This document shows positions 54,647 to 64,000 of a stretch of DNA of 64,000 nt, one piece after another. Numbering within the stretch: position 1 is the first letter of the stretch; each line of letters begins with the position of its first letter. The stretch spans positions 159,278,001 through 159,342,000 of the forward strand of contig OZ024743.1 of assembly GCA_964016885.1 (NCBI GenBank). Reading direction: 5' to 3'. The position numbers and the translations under genes were made by a program. The DNA is from Eledone cirrhosa (lineage: Eukaryota). Below the pieces are notes generated by a model. The model saw nothing but the letters and a program-made list of their open reading frames with translations, was not told where the DNA came from and made no database searches.

Positions 54647-56117
54647 CACACACACACGCACACACACATATATATATATATACATATATATATATGAAAA
54701 GCTGTTCTCTGTGTTGTTAACACTGATTGTGACACATTTCGATATGCATTTTTCGTACGCTTTGTATTAATGTTGTTATCGTATGATAACGATTCCACTC
54801 TTTGTGTAGGAAATCGCAATGATCTCTTTAAGCGGTGGTTGACGTGATATATGGATGATATTGTGTTTGTTCTTTCTACACGCATGCGCACATGCACGAA
54901 GGCACGCGCACACGTATGCAAGACAGCACCCCCAACCCACACCCATATATATATATATATATGATAGCTTCATAGAGATACGGAGACGAATTGACAGCAT
55001 AGGAATGGAGAATGGGTAGAATTGAGGAGAAAAGTTCCAAATGTAAGCAGAAATACTAATAGCGTTAAATTAAGAGTGATGATTGGGAAAGAAAACAATG
55101 AATAACAGAAATGAGTAAGGGAATATCGGAGAGAAAAGAAAAACAAATGAATAAAATGGAGAAATAGAGAGATTACAGCAATAATTATAGCAAATCCAAA
55201 ATGTTAAATTACAAAATCATCTGCTGCATGTGAAGTTATATTCAGTTTTATCGTTACGTGATGTAACTAATATTCAAGCTGCTGTTATAATTGGATACAT
55301 GTTAGAATGTAAAAGTTATCATGGGAGCTATCCTTGTAATACAAGGTCAAATGGATGAGATTGTAATGGCGAGATGTGTAACAGATTTTCTGAATTTAAC
55401 GCTAATTTCATTCAATTTTTCCATTACAAAATCTCTAATCCCTTTCATTCATGCATGTACAAAATGTTTTGACATTAAAGCAAGCTCTTCTCGCTGAGCT
55501 CAACTCAGTATTGCACTACACCCGGAAGCCTATCTATAATGGAGGCTGCTCATCTCTATGAAAATGCCTCCCGACATATCCATTATTCAAGCTAATGAGA
55601 GCAGCTCTATTATTAAACCTGTTAGAAATAGCAGTCTTATATGATATTTCGATTCTGGTAAACATCATTCAATACTATGATTCTCTTCGTCAACATATAG
55701 AGATATACATATGAAGTTAGATATTGTTACCTTAAAATTCATAGCGAAAGGCAGCTCATAAAATACAGGGAATTGTGCTAATTGCTTCTGAAACCTAGCT
55801 GCCTTCAAAGCACGTGTAATGACGCTGTGTAGTATGTCTTGGGAAGTAGTAGATACTGAGTCGGCATGACAGCAAGGGGATTCCAAATGGGTACCAGATA
55901 GGAATCTGGTTCACAGAAGTTAGTCGAGAGCATAAAACATCGGTAATCAAAGTAATCCAGGCTCTTTAGGCTTCTTAATTTCTCCCTCCGTTGCTGTCTA
56001 ATTTCCTACCGCTTATATATGTTTGCGTTTCATTTGTCTTATGGTAAATTCGATATTTTTATCTTAAATAAAGTAATAAAGTATTGGTGAGTGAATAATA
56101 CTAATATTATAATATTT

Positions 56118-56424
56118 TGACTTTGTCTTTCATCCTTACGGGGTCGATAAAATAATGTACCAGTAATACACTGGGTAATTGCTGGCCTTGTGCCTAAAGG
56201 AGACACAATTATTATTAATATTCGGTGGATTGGCAGTATCGGTAGAGGGTCGGACGCCATGCTTTGACGCATAGAGTTACAGCCCTTGCCATTCTGAGTT
56301 CAAATACCGCCGCGGTTAACTTTGCCTTTCATCCTTACGGGGTCGATAAAATAAAGTACCAGTAATGCACTGAGTAATTGCTGGCCTTGTGCCAAAAGTA
56401 CAAACAATTATTATTAATATTCGG
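56118..56424 (+). mobile_element. Tandem SINEs (5'-truncated plus full copy)
   Basis: Both end ACAATTATTATTAATATTCGG. Same family as 13347-13527. Confidence 0.88.
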
Positions 56425-56919
56425 TTCAAAGTAAGATGATGTATACCTTTGGGAAGACTATGTATTCTCAGCAGTTCCAGTGGGTAGCAGTTGAAGCTTT
56501 TCTCTCTGTTATTAACTGGAACATAAGGATGACGTCAGTTGTCTAGAAAACATGCATGATGTTTTGAGGCTATTATGAACCAACTATCAATATTAATATT
56601 AATATAATAATATTATTATTATTGACTCACGAATACATTTAGGAATCAACCATGTTAGAACGCAAATAAGTTTTTTTTTCAATTTTTGGCAACGCCGATC
56701 ATAAAATCGCTCTGTATGCAAATTAGGTCAACCAGCCGATATATAGCTTTTGAGAAAACTATGTATTCGCAGTAGTTCCAGTGGGTAGCAGTCTTGATAA
56801 ATAGCAATGACTCCGAATCAATTATCGACTAGTTTCTCTCTGCTACAGCTGAACAAAAGAATGACCTCAGTCATCTACAAAACACACATGTCGTTACGAG
56901 GCTGTTATGAACCGAATAT

Positions 56920-57043
56920 TAATAATTATTTCTACTTTTGGCACAAGGCCAGCAAATTACCCAGTATATTACTGGTACTTTATTTTATCGACCCCGTAAG
57001 GATGAAAGGCAAAGTTAACTTCGACGGGATTTGAACTCAGAAT
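56920..57043 (-). mobile_element. 5'-truncated SINE
   Basis: Reverse complement of the SINE body from TTCTGAGTTCAAATCC to the tail. Confidence 0.88.
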
Positions 57044-58082
57044 AATATTATCAATATTAACTCAAGAATACATTTATCCACCATGCTAGAACGAAACAAA
57101 TTTTGTTTTTAAATGATTAATGGTTAGTATAAGTATGATTGTTGACGTTGTTAAGAGACAAAACAGTAGAAAGATTAATATTTATTTAAAAGATTCTTTA
57201 TTTTATATCGATCGCAAAATATGTAAGGAATAAAACCATATATTAACATGACATGCAGTTTATATCATCTACGCATTCGCAAATGTGGTTGGTGAGGTAG
57301 GTGTTTGGGACTGATTTCACTATTGTTTAGGAACACGCAGTGTAACTTCAAATGTGACTTATACAGGTCGCTATTTTGCAGACAGTTTGTAAAACCAATT
57401 TAAGTGGAAAGTGTTTTGAAGATAAATAAACGGAATATATAAGCCCGAGAAATAAACGGAAAACAAATTAAAATGTCAGTGGCAAATGATAAATATAACA
57501 AATAATAATGCCTGTAAAATGTTATGAGATCACATACCTATAGTAATTGTTTCTACTCTCGGCACAAGGCTTGCAATTATAATAATAAGGATATATAAAT
57601 CCTTATACCTACATATGCAACCACACACACACACACACACACGTATATATATATATACATATAAACACATTTCTACATAGCCATATACATTTATATACTA
57701 TTCACGTTCAATGATAAATGGATATATTCATGCAGTCTTCTATATTCATTCGGATGGAATCAGCTGGAATACTTTGAATCAAAAAGACATATCTGAGGAA
57801 CTTTTGTATGCAGAGTTGGGTTCGATCTGTAACAGATCGTGCCTCGAGCTGATCGACGGGGAAACATATGTAATATATTAATAAATTGTGGTTTGATGCA
57901 TCACTGATTCCTCGTTATCTATAATAATATACTCTGCTCTGCGCGAGCATCGAGTGCTCAACCGGCATACCGCCTACGGACGCATTTAATTGCAAACCTA
58001 CAACAACTATATATATATATATTCACAGTTCAGAATTTGTAAATTTACAATGACAGTTGTTTTACTATATCACAGGGCATCT

Positions 58083-58184
<102 letters not shown>

Positions 58185-58295
58185 AAAATTAATTTAATAA
58201 AATTAAATTAAGGGAGCCATGACCGAGACATGCACCATATCCACCGTAGAATAAGCTCAAAGATTCCAATGAATAGATCCGAGCATTTGATATCA

Positions 58296-58693
58296 ACTAG
58301 AAATTGATTAACATATATATATATTTAAATTAAACACACGAAACAATCACTGGGGATAATTTGTAAAGTGTGTAATCACACATAGCTAGGTAGGTAACTA
58401 GTTAAAGTTTACGTACAGCTTCAAATATTACCTTACACAGATAGTTAAATCTTCTTCCTTGCAGAAGATCCGTGGTATTTGACTACTGCGACTTAACGGA
58501 TTAATGGTGAAATATATTTGTTTAATGTAATATGTACAAGGAAGATTAATCATCTTTTAAAAGGTAATATTTGAAGTTCTACTTAAACTTTAACTAGTTA
58601 CCTACCTAGCTTTGTGTGATTACACACTTTACATATTATCCCCTGTGATTGTTTCATGTTTTTATTTTAAATATATATATGTCAATCAATTTC

Positions 58694-58698
<5 letters not shown>
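58296..58698. mobile_element. HHR-bearing PLE end with inverted partial copy (family of 3003-3240)
   Basis: 58296-58410 is the reverse complement of 58584-58698. The HHR at 58453-58545 has core CAGAAGA (U4 mutated). Confidence 0.85.
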
Positions 58699-58730
<32 letters not shown>

Positions 58731-58864
58731 CAAAGGGATATTTAATTTATTGGTAATTCAACAAATATATTTATAACAGATTCGAAGCACTCGACAATTT
58801 TTCTGGAGTATAATATCAATGATATTAGTAAATGGAAACTAAACTATATTTATAAAACCATATT

Positions 58865-58925
58865 TATTCTATTATATATTTTTCAAGGGTACCACAACTT
58901 TGGTACGCTCTCATCAGATAAAATA
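58865..58925 (-). ncRNA. Type I hammerhead (16.3 kb family), partly eroded
   Basis: TATTTTAT-CTGATGA-GAGcGTACCA aagttg TGGTACcCTT-GAAA-AATAT-ATA-ATAGAATA. Confidence 0.6.
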
Positions 58926-60200
58926 CAATATATATATATCATTGATATATATCCATTTATACACACATACAATTTACATATATACACACACAGCACACAC
59001 ACATTCACTTACACACACATACACACACACGTACACACACATACACACACATACACACACATATATTTATTTATATATATATATGCTCTGTGATATAGTA
59101 AAACCACTGTGATTGGAAATTTACTCATTCTGAACTGTGAACAATGAGGTTTAACGCATGCTATAGTACGAAAACAGTCTTAACGTTTCGTACACTAGTC
59201 CTGCATCAAAGTATAGAATGAGTAATAAAATATGAAATATAAAGTGTGAGAGAGTGAGAAGAGGATGGAACAGGAAAATATTTTTCGGGGAAAAAACACG
59301 TGTGCCTTCTGTCAGCCATTTTGGTGAAATACTGGTGAGAGTGCGTCATAGACATTAGAGAGTATTTAAAGAAAGTTATTTGTATATTTTTAGCAGTTAT
59401 GAGGTTGTGTGTTTGTGTGTATGTATGTGTGTATGTGTGGGTGGGTGTATTAGTTTGTTAGGTTGTCTGTGCAAAGTTGTGAATTGATATTCTTGTAGAC
59501 AAAATGTGCTTGCTGCAGTGAGAGTGTCGAGGTGTGAGTGCTCGCACGCACGAACTGAATAATGAAAGGGAGATAAACTATGTGAATGTTTGAGTACACA
59601 TACATACGCACACCCAGAAACAGTTGTAATAAGTTGTAGAGAACGGGAGGGGCGGCAACAAATATGATCGTAGCCTTGTTTCATTTCTTGGCATGGCTGT
59701 AAGAAAAATTGCTTTGCTTCGTCTACGACGATATAGGGGTTCAACGGCAAACGGTTGCAATACAAAGTGCATGGAGGAGGATGGGAAATGGTGGCAGGGT
59801 CATATTAAATGTTTGGAAATATTCAATACTGACGCCACCACCACAGCCTCAGTACTGGATGCCAGGCAAATACAGCTGCACCCGAAGGATACAAGTATAT
59901 ATGCACCCTCAAGCGACAGTCATGTAATTTTGTATGTCGATGGTGTGTGATGTGTAAGGGCGTGTATATACGTACGCGTATACGCGCTCACATACGCTCG
60001 CATGCATCTAAATGTGTAGAGAGCGTGGGGCTGGAGGGAGTGCTGTAGGTGGTGTTATAATCACCGTGAATGCAGATGTATACGAATATGTTGCAATCGT
60101 ATGTGTGTATGGTGATATCAATTCATCCGATAGTTTAGGTATGCATGTGTACGAGTCGGAATTTGAGGGTTATGTGTGTACAGATATATATATATGTATC

Positions 60201-60585
60201 TCTAGGGCGGGTAAAATTCCCGAGATCCATTGACAAGTTCTCTCCAGCGGTCTCTGTCCCTCATTATCGCTGCCATGCTGTGCGTCTCCAACAGACCAGT
60301 GTCTGTCCTTAGGGCATCAACATACGTTAACCTTGGTCTTCCTCTTCCAGTGTGTCCATGTAGGGGCTCCCACAGGAGCACTGAGTGCAATGGACACTGA
60401 CCAAGAGACTCACTCAGATGGTGGATGGATGCTACACGAGAATGGTGGGGATGGCTCTGAACATTAATCCCTATACAATGAGGATGAAAAACTCAGAGCT
60501 GTATGGGAGCGTCCCAAAAGTCAGCTCAAATGTGACACAGAGGAGACTGAGAGTAGCTGGACATGCTCACCGACATCCAGAGTTG
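60201..60585. mobile_element. RTE-like LINE 3' end with inversion
   Basis: 60201-60376 (-) gives LLWEPLHGHTGRGRPRLTYVDAL. 60377-60585 (+) gives WTLTKRL..VDGCYTRM..ALNI..ELYG..RRLRVAGH. Same family as 20833. Confidence 0.82.
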
Positions 60586-62941
60586 ATATATATATGTATG
60601 TTGGGTGTATACTGTGTGTGCATTGGTGTGTGACTGAGGTTGTGTGTATGTGTATGCGTATGTGTACGTGTGTATGTGTGTGTGAGAGGAAGGATAAAAG
60701 CGGGTTATAAAAGCTATCAGGATTGGTGTCATTCGGGAAATTAGTTCCGAGAGGAAAAAGTATGTTTTGCTCGGTCCTGCAGTGTGGTTCTAACTACTGT
60801 ACAATAGATACTAATTATTAGCAAGTTAGGTTCCCTTGGCAGAGTTTCGATACATATAGAACAATAACATGCAGAGGTTTATTAGCTACAAGTCATTCCC
60901 GATCAAGCAATCCCATGTTGAAACGTGTTCCACCCAACAGTGATATTCGTCATTTTGTTTGCGTGCACTTCATTATCTCATGTTTCCTTCGTGTTTTAAA
61001 AGTGTCATTTGGTAAACATCAACTGCTATTTCTAGCAAGTTGATCATCCAGATATAAATTACCCCTTTGCCCCAAGCATTCTCGTTGAGAAATATTCATT
61101 ATCTGTATTTCTGAATGTGATTCTCTAAAGTATATTGAATAGACATTGATTTGAACTTTTGGTATTTGAAGACATAAAAGGACAGCATGCAGGGGATTAG
61201 AATGTACCGTCATAATGTAGTTAGTAGAGTAAAAAAAGAAAGTAAAAAATATAGAACAGAAAAGAAAGAATTACACACAAGGAAAAAAGTGAACAGAAGG
61301 TGAAAGACGAAAAGATATCAATTGTTATTTGATATGTCTTTTGTGGTGTTAGAGATATGATGAAAAATTCGCTAGAGAACCGGTAACTCATATTTCGTTG
61401 CAAACGCTACTGTATGTTGTTGATTTTTTCTTACTAGTTAATTCTGTTCTTGTTTAGCTCCAGTTTCAACCCTGATCATGTTTAATCATGACCATTCGTC
61501 TTTTCTCTTTCAGACACACTGTATCTAAGGTTACATTATCTTTAAAGGGATTTGGATCTGATTTGAGAGGGAACTGTCTTCTGTTTCTAGTAGATCGAGT
61601 GACCATACATTCTTTTTTCACTAGCTTCTATTAGTAATTATTTTTATACAACTCATAATTCTACCGACTGAGGAAAATTATGTTCTGAACATGACCCATC
61701 ATATATTTTCAAACTGTGTATTTATGAGTGACGGCATATTAGCCTCGCTGCTTCATTCGCGTGACCACTGGTAGAACATATATTTTCGAGTCGATCAACG
61801 CGCTTAGCTACAATATATCCCATGTTTTCCAATGACGTAACTTTCATTAGTTGTCAATATTAAGTTCAAATACATCGATCAGTAAACATCCTTATTTTTA
61901 CACAGTTGAATAATGTTTATGTTTCTGTAAATACACTACTGTTACTGAAGGTACGGAACTAAGTGTTTGAAAATAGTTTGGGATTCAATAATTTTTTCTC
62001 TGAATAAAGAATTCAATGAAATTCTGATTGAAATAAATTCAAATTCTGAAGTAATTATATAATCCATTTAATTTTCACATTAAATTTCGCCTCCACTTCT
62101 AATATTTCAAATATTTTTTGAATTTTCGAAGCTATTTTGTTTTCTTTATCAACATTTAATTTACTAACCGCAAATGCACTAGCATTTCTGTAAGATACGT
62201 ACATTTTCAGAGTGTTTTAAAATGGAAATTCATATGAATGGTTTAAAATAATATTTTACACGAGGAAGATTAATATTATTTTATAAATATAAAGAACTCC
62301 AAAGTATTTCCTAATTTAAATGTACAAACTTTCATTTCTCTATTTTTTACTAACAGAAAATGTTTAAATATTATGTCGTTTAGTTCTTATGTTTCCTTTA
62401 GCCATCACTGTTAAAAAACATAATGGAGCAGCAATCTAGACAAGTCAACGAGGAAGAATCTACATAGTCACCCGAATTGCAAAAAATAGCTGCTAATATC
62501 CTAAAATTATTAATAATGAATGACATATCGAATAACGTATTATGAGATAAACTGCCGGAAAAGACAGTTGATATGGCTGATATGGGGATAAACAAAAACA
62601 AAACAAATTATACCCGAATCAATGAGGAAGCTACTATGGAAACACATGGCCAACTTAAAACACCAGCCAAATATCCATAATTGTTACCGTCTTAAATAAA
62701 GCACATTAGACAAAATAGTCTTTCATACTCAAAAATGATATCATCACAGCTGGAATTATAGTGTTATGAGATTTGACTCAGGCGGAGGCAAAAAAAAAAA
62801 AAAATCAAATCAAAATAATTCGAATAGATTTATTAAAAGCTTGTTCAATATTTCCTGTTAAATGCATACATGTATTATCTACGACATTCCGTTATATATA
62901 CTGTTGCTACTTTTTTCCTGAAATAAAAACTTTATTGCTCA

Positions 62942-63196
62942 TCTAGCTATATATTACTAAAAGTCTGTGATTGTTTGCTTGCTTGCGTGTCTGTAATATA
63001 ATACATCCAAAAGGGCGCATAATGGGAAATACTTTGAAAGGAAGTTGCCCCAGAAATGGGATTACAAATGGAATAAAACAAGTTTCGCGTAAATCGGACC
63101 ACGGGTTCCTGAGATATGGGTTTTTCCGGGAATTTTCATAAATAAAGAGAGAGAAATATAGAGAGAAAGAGATAGTGGTTGTGACTGAGTAGATTG

Positions 63197-63249
<53 letters not shown>

Positions 63250-63365
63250 AGGAGACTGAGAAGGAGAATGGAAGAGAGCTGATGATGTTGTGTATATACA
63301 TGAGTGTGTGTGTATATACATATGTGTATGTGTTTCTATGACGAGTGCATATAGATCATAGACAT

Positions 63366-63370
<5 letters not shown>
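62942..63370 (+). mobile_element. 5' part of Helitron-like element
   Basis: Starts A|TC and is homologous to 5885-6345. Confidence 0.7.
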
Positions 63371-63430
<60 letters not shown>

Positions 63431-63439
63431 GTGCGGACG

Positions 63440-64000
63440 GTATCTGAGGACAGATTTATGGTTTAAAAAAAAACGCTTATATAATAACAGAAAAAAAAAA
63501 CTGTTTTCTTATAGAAATAACATAAACATAAAGCTAAATTATCAATTTAATAATTTCATTCAATAAAACTACCATAAGCATCAATAACTACCTCTACGTT
63601 TGGTTGAAATCGTTTACAAGCTCGGATTAAGAGGTCCTTGTTCATATCGGACAGACTCAAACTATTGCGGCTTTCAAAGAATCTTTGGTGTTATGGGGAT
63701 GTTCATTGACATTTTTCTCAACGATGCTCCATACATAGTAGTCCAGTGGATTTTGGGGGTGATAGGATCATGCAATTTTACAGCCATCCGTTCTTGTGTC
63801 ATTTGAGCCTTGTGAGATGATGCAGAATCTTGTTGAAAGACACAAGGCCTTCCACTGCATACACTGTTGATCCAAGGCTTAACAACTTTATCCAGAACCT
63901 CAATATATGCAGCAGAATTCACCCTAAGGCATTGTGGAAAAAAGTGAGGAGGATCACATGTCCTTCATTGCTAACAACACCCAAAACCATGACACTTGCA
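63440..64000 (-). mobile_element. Tc1/mariner-superfamily transposase relic (maT/DD37D-like), continues past the window end
   Basis: VMVLGVVSNEGHV..PHFF..L, YIEVLDKVVKPW and FQQDSASSHKA. The SPDLNP region is deleted before LDYYVW. Confidence 0.8.

Noticed and set aside
59693-59950. 85-aa ORF ending ILYVDGV, resembling an RT YVDD motif
   Set aside because: No other RT motifs, and the catalytic Asp pair is incomplete.
62400-62680. Exon-like segment after TTTCCTTTAG
   Set aside because: In-frame stops follow quickly and there is no recognisable homology. A host exon cannot be supported without RNA data.

Overview
Eukaryotic, very AT-rich, microsatellite-saturated intergenic or intronic DNA with no host gene I can support. 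The repeat content resembles an Octopus-like cephalopod genome, which is an inference. Nearly all long real ORFs belong to retroelements: a ~17 kb cluster of R4/Dong-clade non-LTR retrotransposons (33.4-50.0 kb), mostly in (TAA)n, plus Tx1/L1-like, RTE-like, Tc1/mariner, Helitron and tRNA-SINE relics. The signal the ORF track misses is a dense set of Penelope-like element (PLE) 3' ends. Several carry GIY-YIG tails, and together they hold about 15 manually folded type I hammerhead ribozyme (HHR) motifs from at least 7 sequence families. These include U3-A8 core variants, palindromic stem III loops that would need dimerisation, very long stem II insertions and two ~430-bp tandem retrozyme-like units. 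At least nine such insertions form inverted duplications, most inside (TA)n. The largest is a 2.5 kb palindrome with an outward-facing ribozyme at each end. All folds were done by eye, and no database search or cleavage assay was run.
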